Positions 1 to 11,206 of a stretch of DNA of 11,853 nucleotides are shown in pieces. Source of the stretch: a virus (taxonomy: Duplodnaviria > Heunggongvirae > Uroviricota > Caudoviricetes); IMG/VR virus record IMGVR_UViG_2636416131_000003, positions 1 to 11,853 of that record; one strand, given 5' to 3'. The notes below the pieces were generated by a model, which was not told the origin of the DNA, searched no databases, and saw only the letters and a list, made by a program, of their open reading frames with translations. Made by a program: the position numbers and the translations under genes. Positions within the stretch are counted from its first letter, which is position 1; every line of letters begins with the position of its first letter.

Positions 1-3832
<3,832 letters not shown>

Positions 3833-3858
<26 letters not shown>

Positions 3859-4378
3859 TCAGCAACCCCGGTATCAGTTCATCCAGCGCGGCTGCTTTGT
3901 TCATGGCTTTGATGATATCCCGTTTCAGGAAATCAACATGTCGGTTTTCCAGTTCCGGAAAACGCCGCTGCACCGACAGGGGGATCCCGTCGAGAATACT
4001 GGCAATTTCACCTGCGATCCGCGACAGCACGAAAGTACAGAATGCGGTTTCCACCACTTCAGCGGAGTCTCTGGCATTTTTCAGCTCCTGTGCGTCGGCC
4101 TGCGCACGCGTAAGTCGATGGCGTTCGTACTCAATAGTCCCTGGCTGGAGATCTGTCTCGCTGGCCTGCCGCAGTTCTTCAACTTCCCGGCGCAGCTTTT
4201 CGTTCTCAATTTCAGCATCCCTTTCGGCATACCATTTTATGACGGCGGCAGAATCATAAAGCACCTCATTACCCTTGCCACCGCCTCGCAGAACGGGCAT
4301 TCCCTGCTCCTGCCAGTTCTGAATGGTACGGATACTCGCACCGAAAATATCAGCCAGCTGCTTTTTGTTGACTTCCAT
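3833..4378 (-). CDS. nu1: Terminase small subunit Nu1 (181 aa)
   Basis: MEVNKKQLADIFGASIRTIQNWQEQGMPVLRGGGKGNEVLYDSAAVIKWYAERDAEIENEKLRREVEELRQ... matches lambda Nu1 (the DLP12 equivalent is NohD) in sequence and length. The 3' end overlaps the A start, as in lambda. Confidence 0.93.
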
Positions 4379-4379
4379 T

Positions 4380-4600
4380 GTTCATTCCACGGACAAAAAC
4401 AGAGAAAGGAAACGACAGAGGCCAAAAAGCTCGCTTTCAGCACCTGTCGTTTCCTTTCTTTTCAGAGGGTATTTTAAATAAAAACATTAAGTTATGACGA
4501 AGAAGAACGGAAACGCCTTAAACCGGAAAATTTTCATAAATAGCGAAAACCCGCGAGGTCGCCGCCCCGTAACCTGTCGGATCGCCGGAAAGGACCCGAA
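4380..4600 (-). other. cos: cos site (cosB, cosN, cosQ); the 12-nt cohesive-end sequence cosN is at 4556-4567
   Basis: The + strand at 4556-4567 is AGGTCGCCGCCC, the reverse complement of the lambda cohesive end GGGCGGCGACCT. Flanking sequence matches the lambda left end (CGCGGGTTTTCGCTATTTATGAAAATTTTCCGG...) and right end (...CCGACAGGTTACG) as I recall them. It lies immediately upstream of Nu1. Confidence 0.85.
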
Positions 4601-4766
4601 AAATGATAATAATTATCATCTACATATCACAACGTGCATCTACGCCATCAAACCACGTCAAATAATCAATTATGACGCAGGTATCGTATTAATTGATCTG
4701 CATCAACTTAACGTAAAAACAACTTCAGACAATACAAATCAGCAACACTGAATACGGGGCAACCTC

Positions 4767-4961
4767 ATGTCAACTAAGAACAGAACCCGCAGAACAACAA
4801 CCCGCAACATCCGCTTTCCTAACCAAATGATTGAACAAATTAACATCGCTCTTGAGCAAAAAGGGTCTGGGAATTTCTCAGCCTGGGTCATTGAAGCCTG
4901 CCGTCGGAGACTAACGTCAGAAAAGAGAGCATATACATCAATCCAAAGTGATGATGAATAA
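4767..4961 (+). CDS. Small hypothetical protein (64 aa), predicted ribbon-helix-helix (Arc/MetJ/CopG-like) DNA-binding fold
   Basis: ORF MSTKNRTRRTTTRNIRFPNQMIEQINIALEQKGSGNFSAWVIEACRRRLTSEKRAYTSIQSDDE has a basic N-terminus. The segment IRFPNQMIEQINIALEQKGSGNFSAWVIEACRRRL aligns by eye with the Arc/Mnt pattern (R-x-P, hydrophobic helix, G-x-S-x-N, second helix). I believe a similar small ORF exists near the right end of lambda, but I cannot confirm that. The ribosome-binding site is weak. Confidence 0.5.
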   Translation: MSTKNRTRRTTTRNIRFPNQMIEQINIALEQKGSGNFSAWVIEACRRRLTSEKRAYTSIQSDDE

Positions 4962-5320
4962 ACATCCCGGTTTCTTCCACCATCGCACCGGAAAAGCGAC
5001 TATGAGGGTAACCCTGCGTCTGTCAGCACAGTAAAACCCGGTGTGCATCGTTTTTGATTATTCCCGCACACTCACGCAGAAGGAATTCCCCGTCGGGCTA
5101 CGGTCATGGTTAATGCGGGAATACGGCGACGATACAGCGCAGCTAAAAGGGTAATGGACAGAAAGAGCGGTTTATTTCATTCCACAGGATTCTGAGTGCC
5201 CCCCTCCTCCAATAGGCTGAGCATCCACCTATATAGTTTTAATTTTCATCAATCCATTTAACTATCGTTTAATTGTTGTCACATAGGATTCTGCCGTTTT
5301 TAACAATGCAGGATAATAAG

Positions 5321-5614
5321 ATGAAAAAAATGTTGTTTTCTGCCGCTCTGGCAATGCTTATTACAGGATGTGCTCAACAGACGTTTACTGTTGGAAACAA
5401 ACCGACAGCAGTAACACCAAAGGAAACCATCACCCATCACTTCTTCGTTTCGGGAATTGGACAGGAGAAAACTGTTGATGCAGCCAAAATTTGTGGCGGC
5501 GCAGAAAATGTTGTTAAAACAGAAACCCAGCAAACATTCGTAAATGGATTGCTCGGTTTTATTACTTTAGGCATTTATACTCCGCTGGAAGCGCGTGTGT
5601 ATTGCTCACAATAA
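5321..5614 (+). CDS. bor: Bor lipoprotein (serum-resistance protein, 97 aa)
   Basis: MKKMLFSAALAMLITGCAQQTFTVGNKPTAVTPKETITHHFFVSGIGQEKTVDAAKICGGAENVVKTETQQTFVNGLLGFITLGIYTPLEARVYCSQ matches lambda Bor/DLP12 BorD as I recall it. It has a lipobox (ITGC) and is oriented opposite to the lysis genes, as in lambda. The ORF-track start at 5273 is an N-terminal extension. Confidence 0.9.
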   Translation: MKKMLFSAALAMLITGCAQQTFTVGNKPTAVTPKETITHHFFVSGIGQEKTVDAAKICGGAENVVKTETQQTFVNGLLGFITLGIYTPLEARVYCSQ

Positions 5615-5645
5615 TTGCATGAGTTGCCCATCGATATGGGCAGCT

Positions 5646-6107
5646 CTATCTGCACTGCTCATTAATATACTTCTGGGCTCCTTCCAGTTGTTTTTGCATA
5701 GTGATCAGCCTCTCTCTGAGGGTGAAATAATCCCGTTCAGCGGTGTCTGCCAGTCGGGGGGAGGCTGCATTATCCACGCCGGAGGCGGTGGTGGCTTCAC
5801 GCACTGACTGACAGACTGCTTTGATGTGCAACCGACGACGACCAGCGGCAACATCATCACGCAGAGCATCATTTTCAGCTTTCGCATCAGCTAACTCCTT
5901 CGTGTATTTTGCATCGAGCGCAGCAACATCACGCTGACGCATCTGCATGTCAGTAATTGCCGCGTTCGCCAGCTTCAGTTCTCTGGCATTTTTGTCGCGC
6001 TGGGCTTTGTAGGTAATGGCGTTATCACGGTAATGATTAACAGCCCATGACAGGCCGACGATGATGCAGATAACCAGAGCGGAGATAATCGCGGTTACTC
6101 TGTTCAT
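5646..6107 (-). CDS. rz: Rz inner-membrane spanin (153 aa)
   Basis: [61 protein letters not shown]... matches lambda Rz (DLP12 RzpD) as I recall it. The start overlaps the endolysin stop (ATGA). Confidence 0.9.
   Translation of the reverse strand: MNRVTAIISALVICIIVGLSWAVNHYRDNAITYKAQRDKNARELKLANAAITDMQMRQRDVAALDAKYTKELADAKAENDALRDDVAAGRRRLHIKAVCQSVREATTASGVDNAASPRLADTAERDYFTLRERLITMQKQLEGAQKYINEQCR
5705..5887 (-). CDS. rz1: Rz1 outer-membrane lipoprotein spanin (60 aa), embedded in the +1 frame of Rz
   Basis: [60 protein letters not shown] has a lipobox (VVGC) and a proline-rich core. The fully embedded arrangement is as in lambda Rz/Rz1. Confidence 0.9.
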   Translation of the reverse strand: MRKLKMMLCVMMLPLVVVGCTSKQSVSQCVKPPPPPAWIMQPPPDWQTPLNGIISPSERG

Positions 6108-6601
6108 TGCTGACCCCACAAACAGATTTCACGCTCAATCTCACGACGAGTCATGAGACCTTTCCATTGCTTACCGCCAGCATATGTCCAGCGACGTAGC
6201 TGATCACATGCGCCTTTGATATCGCCCTGGTTTATTTTGCGAAGAAGCGTCGATGTTCTGAAATTGCCAGCACCCACGTTGTAAACGAATGAGTAAAGAG
6301 CGCCGCGCATTGTTTCCGGTATATCGACTTTGATGTACGGGTTAATTTGTCTGGCGACCGTGGCAAGGTCTTTATTCAGGAGGGCTTTGCATTCTGCTTT
6401 GGTATACGTTTTACCGAGCATGATGTCTTTTCCTGTATGCCCGTGACATACAGTCCATACACCAACAATATCTTTGTATGGTATGTAGCTGACACCTTCC
6501 AGACCATCGTTACCACTTGGGCCAGTAATTAACACTGATGCTATAGCAATTGCTCCGCCACCAATAGCAGCAGCAACGGCTTTTCGTAATGATGGAGGCA
6601 T
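6104..6601 (-). CDS. rrrD: SAR (signal-arrest-release) endolysin, T4-lysozyme-family muramidase, phage-21 R / DLP12 RrrD type (165 aa)
   Basis: [59 protein letters not shown]... has a Gly/Ala-rich weakly hydrophobic N-terminal SAR domain followed by a lysozyme catalytic region. It matches K-12 RrrD as I recall it and is not the lambda R transglycosylase. Confidence 0.88.
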   Translation of the reverse strand: MPPSLRKAVAAAIGGGAIAIASVLITGPSGNDGLEGVSYIPYKDIVGVWTVCHGHTGKDIMLGKTYTKAECKALLNKDLATVARQINPYIKVDIPETMRGALYSFVYNVGAGNFRTSTLLRKINQGDIKGACDQLRRWTYAGGKQWKGLMTRREIEREICLWGQQ

Positions 6602-6816
6602 TATTCACCTCTCGCAGCCTTGCGCTTATCTTCTTTAATCTTGAAATAAAGGTTTGTCAGGTACGTCAGCAGGCCAAATACCAGGCTACCCAGCACACCT
6701 ATTGCTGCCCACTGTGAGGGCGTGACTTTATCGAGCAGCTGTAAAAACCAGTAACCGGCACTACCTGCTGAGGTGCCATAGGCGACACCCGTTGTTAACT
6801 TATCCATGGATTTCAT
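6601..6816 (-). CDS. essD: Pinholin, phage-21 S21 / DLP12 EssD type (71 aa), with dual-start motif MKSM
   Basis: [71 protein letters not shown] has two TM segments and Met1/Met4 dual starts. A GAGGTG Shine-Dalgarno sits just upstream of 6816. The stop overlaps the R start (TAATG). The ORF-track start at 6861 is probably an artefactual extension. Confidence 0.85.
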
Positions 6817-6899
6817 AACCCCACCTCGCAGACAAAGCGGGTGTAAATTGAGGGAATACAACGTATCGCAAAAAAGCAGAAACGTAACAGACTCGGAGT

Positions 6900-7404
6900 C
6901 AGTGAATAACTCAGGTATTGAGTTATCAGCTAATATCGAGACTCAAAAAATGGAAAAACCAGCTCGACGGCGGGTTTAAGCTGTGTGACGAAGTAACCAC
7001 TCTTAACAGCATAACCAATTTTTTACGTACGTAAACCACTGAATGATATTTATGAGAATGCTACCGAGTGTTCAAAACACCACCACAAATACATAAGAAA
7101 ACCTCAACAAATAACCAATAAATAATTTCAGACGTTATTTTTAGTTGATTTAAATTAAACTGCCGAATTATAGAACCTCCATAAATAACAACCATTAATA
7201 TAAATTAGCTAATAGGTTTATTTTTGTTCAAATAAGAGCCATAAATAGGTTTCGATAGAAAAAGTTCAGATAAAAATAGAGATCTACTTCACAAATTAAA
7301 TGAGAAACTAAAACTTACATCTTGAAATAATCACATTGATTAGATGAATATTTATCGCGCAGTGACATCATTTTTTAATAATAGTTCAAAAAAAAGGGCT
7401 CACG
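6900..7404 (+). promoter_or_regulatory. AT-rich upstream regulatory region of the porin gene (promoter not precisely mapped)
   Basis: About 500 bp of very AT-rich sequence lies immediately 5' of the porin ATG, with no ORF. It contains a perfect 14-bp palindrome TTTACGTACGTAAA at 7021-7034. This is typical of H-NS or OmpR-regulated porin promoters (inference). Confidence 0.4.
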
Positions 7405-8502
7405 ATGAAAAAATTAACAGTGGCAATTTCTGCTGTAGCTGCATCAGTACTGATGGCGATGTCTGCTCAGGCAGCTGAAATTTATAATAAAGACAGTAAC
7501 AAGCTGGATCTGTACGGGAAAGTTAATGCCAAGCACTACTTCTCCTCTAATGATGCAGATGATGGTGATACTACTTATGCCCGTCTTGGCTTCAAAGGTG
7601 AAACCCAAATCAACGATCAACTGACTGGTTTCGGTCAGTGGGAATATGAATTCAAAGGCAACCGCGCTGAATCTCAAGGTTCCTCCAAAGACAAAACCCG
7701 TCTTGCATTTGCAGGCCTGAAATTCGGTGACTACGGCTCAATCGATTACGGCCGTAACTACGGTGTAGCATACGACATCGGTGCGTGGACTGACGTTCTG
7801 CCAGAATTCGGTGGCGATACCTGGACCCAAACAGATGTGTTCATGACTGGTCGCACCACTGGTGTTGCAACCTATCGTAACAACGACTTCTTTGGTCTGG
7901 TTGATGGTCTGAACTTTGCTGCTCAGTACCAAGGCAAAAACGATCGTAGCGATTTCGATAACTACACTGAAGGTAACGGTGATGGCTTCGGTTTCTCTGC
8001 TACCTATGAATACGAAGGATTCGGTATCGGTGCAACTTATGCGAAATCTGATCGTACCGACACTCAAGTTAATGCAGGGAAAGTTCTTCCTGAAGTATTT
8101 GCTTCCGGTAAAAATGCAGAAGTTTGGGCCGCAGGTCTGAAATATGACGCTAACAACATTTACCTGGCCACTACCTATTCTGAAACCCAGAATATGACTG
8201 TATTTGCTGATCACTTCGTTGCTAATAAAGCCCAAAACTTCGAAGCTGTTGCACAATATCAGTTCGATTTCGGTCTGCGTCCGTCCGTTGCTTACCTGCA
8301 ATCTAAAGGTAAAGATCTTGGAGTATGGGGCGATCAGGACTTAGTCAAATATGTTGATGTAGGTGCAACCTATTACTTCAACAAAAATATGTCTACTTTC
8401 GTTGATTACAAAATCAACCTGCTTGACAAAAATGACTTCACTAAAGCACTCGGTGTAAGCACTGATGACATCGTTGCTGTAGGTCTGGTTTACCAGTTCT
8501 AA
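7405..8502 (+). CDS. nmpC: Outer-membrane general porin, NmpC/OmpD/Lc family (365 aa precursor), apparently intact
   Basis: [46 protein letters not shown]... has a signal peptide with an AQA-A cleavage site, porin motifs ([31 protein letters not shown]) and the C-terminal ...GLVYQF with terminal Phe. Its position between Q and S, antisense to the late genes, is as for nmpC in DLP12. There is no IS5 interruption here. Confidence 0.9.
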   Translation: MKKLTVAISAVAASVLMAMSAQAAEIYNKDSNKLDLYGKVNAKHYFSSNDADDGDTTYARLGFKGETQINDQLTGFGQWEYEFKGNRAESQGSSKDKTRLAFAGLKFGDYGSIDYGRNYGVAYDIGAWTDVLPEFGGDTWTQTDVFMTGRTTGVATYRNNDFFGLVDGLNFAAQYQGKNDRSDFDNYTEGNGDGFGFSATYEYEGFGIGATYAKSDRTDTQVNAGKVLPEVFASGKNAEVWAAGLKYDANNIYLATTYSETQNMTVFADHFVANKAQNFEAVAQYQFDFGLRPSVAYLQSKGKDLGVWGDQDLVKYVDVGATYYFNKNMSTFVDYKINLLDKNDFTKALGVSTDDIVAVGLVYQF

Positions 8503-8510
8503 TCTGATTA

Positions 8511-8550
8511 CGAAAAAGATATGTTGCGGGAGGCGTTGCCTCCCCAACAT
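8511..8550 (-). terminator. Putative intrinsic terminator on the minus strand (candidate tR'-like terminator downstream of Q)
   Basis: The minus strand reads ATGTTGGGGAGGCAACGCCTCCCGCAACAT followed by ATCTTTTTCG. This is a GC-rich stem (GGGAGGC/GCCTCCC plus flanking pairs) followed by a T5 run, about 150 nt downstream of the Q stop. Confidence 0.45.
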
Positions 8551-8640
8551 ATAAGTGGCTCCCTCAAGCCACTTCCTTTAGAAGCACAACCTTGCTTCTA
8601 ACTATATAAACCTTCTGTTATATATTACCCTTTATTTTTG

Positions 8641-8667
8641 GGGGCGTCTCAACGCCCCATTTTTAAT
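8641..8667 (+). terminator. Rho-independent terminator of the porin transcript
   Basis: GGGGCGTCTCAACGCCCC (6-bp GC stem) is followed by ATTTTTAATAATTTTT on the + strand. It lies about 140 nt after the porin stop, following three smaller hairpins. Confidence 0.6.
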
Positions 8668-8691
8668 AATTTTTAGTAAACAATTGGCATA

Positions 8692-9075
8692 TTAATTAGA
8701 GTTATTAACAACGATATCCATCTCTAACCGGATATCTAATGCCATTAACATCCCTTCAATTATGCCCTCAGCCTTCTGTAACCTTTTCCCGATATAACCA
8801 TCAGAGCAGCAATGCTTACCTGCCAGTGACATGAATGTCATACCGACTACATAATAATCTACTAATAAATCGTGCAAATCGCTGTTGTTCTTTTTCAGAC
8901 GGGCCATGCACCCGCAAATAATCATCGCGTCATCGTCACAACATTGCGGGCGAGATTTTACTTTTGAAGTAATTAATCCCTTAAAACCGGCGGCAATGGA
9001 CGACCAGGTCACATCTTCATGATTATTAGCCGCCCACGCTCCCCAACGCTCAAGAACCATCTGAATATCACGCAT
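8692..9075 (-). CDS. quuD: Late-gene antiterminator Q (phage 82/21-type, DLP12 QuuD-like, 127 aa)
   Basis: [62 protein letters not shown]... is Cys-rich (zinc-binding). It sits immediately after rusA-ylcG and upstream of the lysis cassette, and matches K-12 QuuD as I recall it. The start could alternatively be 9090 (MWSKL...). Confidence 0.75.
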   Translation of the reverse strand: MRDIQMVLERWGAWAANNHEDVTWSSIAAGFKGLITSKVKSRPQCCDDDAMIICGCMARLKKNNSDLHDLLVDYYVVGMTFMSLAGKHCCSDGYIGKRLQKAEGIIEGMLMALDIRLEMDIVVNNSN

Positions 9076-9160
9076 CAACTTACTCCACAAAAATCAGACC
9101 AGAACGCCAATTACAAGCAAAAATCAACAAAACAGTATTAGTTGATTGTTATCTCTGACT

Positions 9161-9301
9161 TCATACTCCTGCTCCTGTCAGGGTTTTGGCGTAATTCTTC
9201 AGTATTCGGTAATCGGTCAAAACAGAACCGGGGAAACGATATAAGCGCAGATGCCCCCAGCGGTGGCGAAGAAGTTCTGCCATATAAAACTCAAACATCA
9301 T
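9161..9301 (-). CDS. ylcG: Small protein YlcG (46 aa)
   Basis: Hand translation of the minus strand gives [46 protein letters not shown]. It is below the ORF-track size cut-off. The start overlaps the rusA stop. Length and position match ylcG between rusA and quuD in DLP12. Confidence 0.6.
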   Translation of the reverse strand: MMFEFYMAELLRHRWGHLRLYRFPGSVLTDYRILKNYAKTLTGAGV

Positions 9302-9660
9302 TCATTCCCCATTTCGGTGATGGTCAGTTCCAGCCTCCCACCTTTGGTAACAGGCATCTTCACAACGCGGTAATCAACGACCTGAGCATCATCCAGCCAG
9401 AAACCTGCTTTAGTGAGTGCGTCAAAAGCGGCTTTTTGCAGATTATCCAGGTCACGGCGACGGCGATCCGGCATGTGGCACTCAATGCGGATTTTCACAG
9501 GCATAGCCAGGCCGATATCCAGCATTGCGTTTTTAATGATTCGGGCGACGTTATCGCGGTATGCCTGCCCCTCTGCGCTGACGTGCGTGCGCCCGCGATT
9601 ATGGCGGTAATAGCGATTATTGCTCGGAGGCCAGGGTAATGTGATGCTGTAGGTATTCAC
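9298..9660 (-). CDS. rusA: Holliday-junction resolvase RusA (120 aa), GTG start
   Basis: [120 protein letters not shown] matches E. coli RusA as I recall it. The first codon at 9660-9658 is GTG, overlapping the ybcO stop (GTGA). Confidence 0.92.
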   Translation of the reverse strand: MNTYSITLPWPPSNNRYYRHNRGRTHVSAEGQAYRDNVARIIKNAMLDIGLAMPVKIRIECHMPDRRRRDLDNLQKAAFDALTKAGFWLDDAQVVDYRVVKMPVTKGGRLELTITEMGNE

Positions 9661-9946
9661 GCCTTAATAACCCCCTCTTTCAGCCAGATAACCTGTGTTC
9701 TCGCCATACCTTCCAGCGCGCATTCTTTTGCATATGCAGCATCGACAAAATGTGTGCGGCGGTCGATTTCGTCGTGGCAGGCAGAACATGCAATGGTGGC
9801 AATCAGGTCTGGCGGTTTGGTACCGGTGCCGCACAATCCAGTCAGCCGGATATGTGCCAGTACAGACGTTTCAGGGTTGCCATTACATACGCAGGGATTC
9901 TTACCTGGCATTCCCGACTACGCGCTGCTTTTCTCAAATCAGCCAT
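9657..9946 (-). pseudogene. ybcO: ybcO-like nin-region Cys/His-rich protein (DUF1364-like putative nuclease), apparently disrupted by a 1-nt frameshift
   Basis: A strong RBS (AAGGAGG) precedes the ATG at 9946 and gives MADLRKAARSRECQVRIP, which then runs out of frame and stops after 34 codons. The downstream frame (ORF-track 9657-9911) carries the remainder: ...VCNGNPETSVLAHIRLTGLCGTGTKPPDLIATIACSACHDEIDRR...VIKA. Joining the two with one restored nucleotide near 9892 gives a 96-aa protein. Confidence 0.65.
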
Positions 9947-10109
9947 GATTCCTCCTTGCTGCCAGTCGCAACCATTTTTTATCAACCAGGCTGGCGGTAT
10001 ATCCGAGCAGTGTTGGTATTTCGGAAGGCTTCAGCTCCGGTTTACGCTTACGACGATCTGGTACTCTGTAGATGTGTCCGTTCATGACACGAATAAGCGG
10101 TGTAGCCAT
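9939..10109 (-). CDS. ninE: NinE protein (56 aa)
   Basis: Hand translation gives MATPLIRVMNGHIYRVPDRRKRKPELKPSEIPTLLGYTASLVDKKWLRLAARRNHG, matching lambdoid NinE as I recall it. The ATG overlaps the ybcN stop, and the 3' end overlaps the ybcO RBS and start. Confidence 0.85.
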   Translation of the reverse strand: MATPLIRVMNGHIYRVPDRRKRKPELKPSEIPTLLGYTASLVDKKWLRLAARRNHG

Positions 10110-10564
10110 TACGCCTCCTGCTTGTCGCGGAGCAGCTGGAACTCGCAGCTCTGCGGAATAGTCAGGTGGCAGCCAATATTCACCGCCCAGGCTTCAACCT
10201 TACACAGGAAGACATACATCTCTCCGGTATCAAGATCGGAGGTATGGCGTAACGACTGGACGGTGGTGACCTCGCCGGACACGACATCTACACGGTCTTT
10301 GCTTTCGTAGCCGAGATAGGTGTGCTTCATCGCGTCTTTGACCCACTCAGGCGTAGCGAAGGTCTTGCCGCGGGCGATGAGATATTCGCTGATCTCCGTG
10401 TACCACATGTGGCTGAGCGCGTTCTGCGACAGGCTGCGCTTCTCGCGCCACGGCTTAACCTGCAGGCGTAAGCATTGCCCGGCATCCAGCAATGGCTGAA
10501 TCTGCTGGCCGATGGCCGCGAAGTTACCGCGATGGAGTTTGATGCCGTCTACTGGCAGAGTCAT
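10109..10564 (-). CDS. ybcN: NinB-like (lambda Orf-family) recombination protein / YbcN-like DNA base-flipping protein (151 aa)
   Basis: MTLPVDGIKLHRGNFAAIGQQIQPLLDAGQCLRLQVKPWREKRSLSQNALSHMWYTEISEYL... has the S-x-x-Q-N motif and length typical of NinB. A GGGAGG Shine-Dalgarno lies 6 nt upstream of the ATG. The position upstream of ninE matches DLP12 ybcN. Confidence 0.75.
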   Translation of the reverse strand: MTLPVDGIKLHRGNFAAIGQQIQPLLDAGQCLRLQVKPWREKRSLSQNALSHMWYTEISEYLIARGKTFATPEWVKDAMKHTYLGYESKDRVDVVSGEVTTVQSLRHTSDLDTGEMYVFLCKVEAWAVNIGCHLTIPQSCEFQLLRDKQEA

Positions 10565-10828
10565 ACGGCCTCCCTAACGGAAACCGCAGAATGCAGAAAA
10601 TCGCAGGTGCATTTCTGCATCTGTGACAAGGTGATGAGTTCAGATTGTGGTCGCATTTAAGTCCCCTTAAATGCGCAGAAGTCACCGGAGTTGTTCAGGC
10701 TCCGATGAGAGGATTATGGCGGATTGATTACGATAAATCAAAACTATCTTGAAGCCAAAACAGTGATCTTCGCTTTAAAAACCTTGTATACTTTCACCTA
10801 ATCACAGCCAGAACTATGGATCTAACCA

Positions 10829-11206
10829 ATGACCAACAAAGAAAACAAAGATAAATATATTAACAAGTTCAAGAAAGAGCTTTCAAAATATATACAACCA
10901 ACTGCTGGAGTGGACATTCAATTATTTAACTCTAAGGATGGTGGTGGTGTAATTAAAGCCACTTTGAATAGAAGTGGAAAAAGAAAATCATCAATTGCAG
11001 GTAATTTTACTAAATTAGGTGAGGCAATTACCTCGAGTGGGCAGAGGGTTTTTGGTGGTGATCTATCAAATGTAAATTTTTACGGAACAAATACGATTTT
11101 TGATGGAGATACAATATTTTTAATTAAATCACCTGATTCAGAGGAGTGGTCATCACAAAAAGCTTCCAAAGACGTAGAGGGCATCGTATTTGGAGGGAAA
11201 AAATGA
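10829..11206 (+). CDS. Hypothetical protein (125 aa), Lys- and Gly-rich, predicted soluble; first gene of an AT-rich two-gene cassette
   Basis: ORF MTNKENKDKYINKFKKELSKYIQPTAGVDIQLFNSKDGGGVIKATLNRSGKRK...GIVFGGKK is in an AT-rich region (roughly one-third G+C by eye, against more than 50% in flanking phage genes). It is on the strand opposite to the surrounding nin-region genes. A TATACT -10-like hexamer lies at 10787-10792. I do not recognise the family. Confidence 0.6.
   Translation: MTNKENKDKYINKFKKELSKYIQPTAGVDIQLFNSKDGGGVIKATLNRSGKRKSSIAGNFTKLGEAITSSGQRVFGGDLSNVNFYGTNTIFDGDTIFLIKSPDSEEWSSQKASKDVEGIVFGGKK

Noticed and set aside
3897-4477. + strand ORFs 3897-4259 and 3938-4477 and minus ORF 4237-4443
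   Set aside because: They are antisense to Nu1 or run across the cosB region. cos sequence identity explains the DNA, and they have no coding support.
4494-4751. + strand ORF (85 aa) spanning cosN and the phage right end
   Set aside because: It overlaps the cos cleavage site and AT-rich non-coding DNA matching the lambda right end. Its low-complexity Asn/Lys-rich translation is typical of AT-rich non-coding sequence.
5300-5887. ORFs 5300-5533 (minus) and 5595-5807 (+)
   Set aside because: They are antisense to bor and to Rz/Rz1 respectively. The real embedded gene is Rz1 on the minus strand.
6347-6532. + strand ORF (61 aa) inside the endolysin gene
   Set aside because: It is antisense to the SAR endolysin and is a shadow ORF.
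6817-6861. N-terminal extension of the holin ORF to 6861 ([15 protein letters not shown]...)
   Set aside because: The phage-21-type pinholin starts at MKSM with a good Shine-Dalgarno upstream of 6816. The extension lacks an RBS and is not part of the known protein.
6862-7404. Possible tRNA genes or a Shiga-toxin-type cargo between Q and S
   Set aside because: The interval is AT-rich with no cloverleaf-like GC-rich segments and no ORFs. The cargo at this position is a porin gene, not stx or tRNAs.
7444-8550. Minus-strand ORFs 7444-7677, 7738-8301, 8341-8550 and + ORF 7916-8140 within the porin gene
   Set aside because: They are antisense or alternative-frame ORFs inside a clearly coding porin gene. 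The translations are Ile/Phe-rich and implausible.
9142-10310. + strand ORFs 9142-9639, 9413-9610, 9695-10087, 9750-10310 and 9754-9948
   Set aside because: They are antisense to the ylcG, rusA, ybcO, ninE and ybcN genes, which are recognised on the minus strand.
10475-10660. + strand ORF (61 aa) spanning the ybcN start and intergenic hairpins
   Set aside because: It overlaps the ybcN 5' end antisense and has no RBS. The intergenic inverted repeats explain the sequence better.
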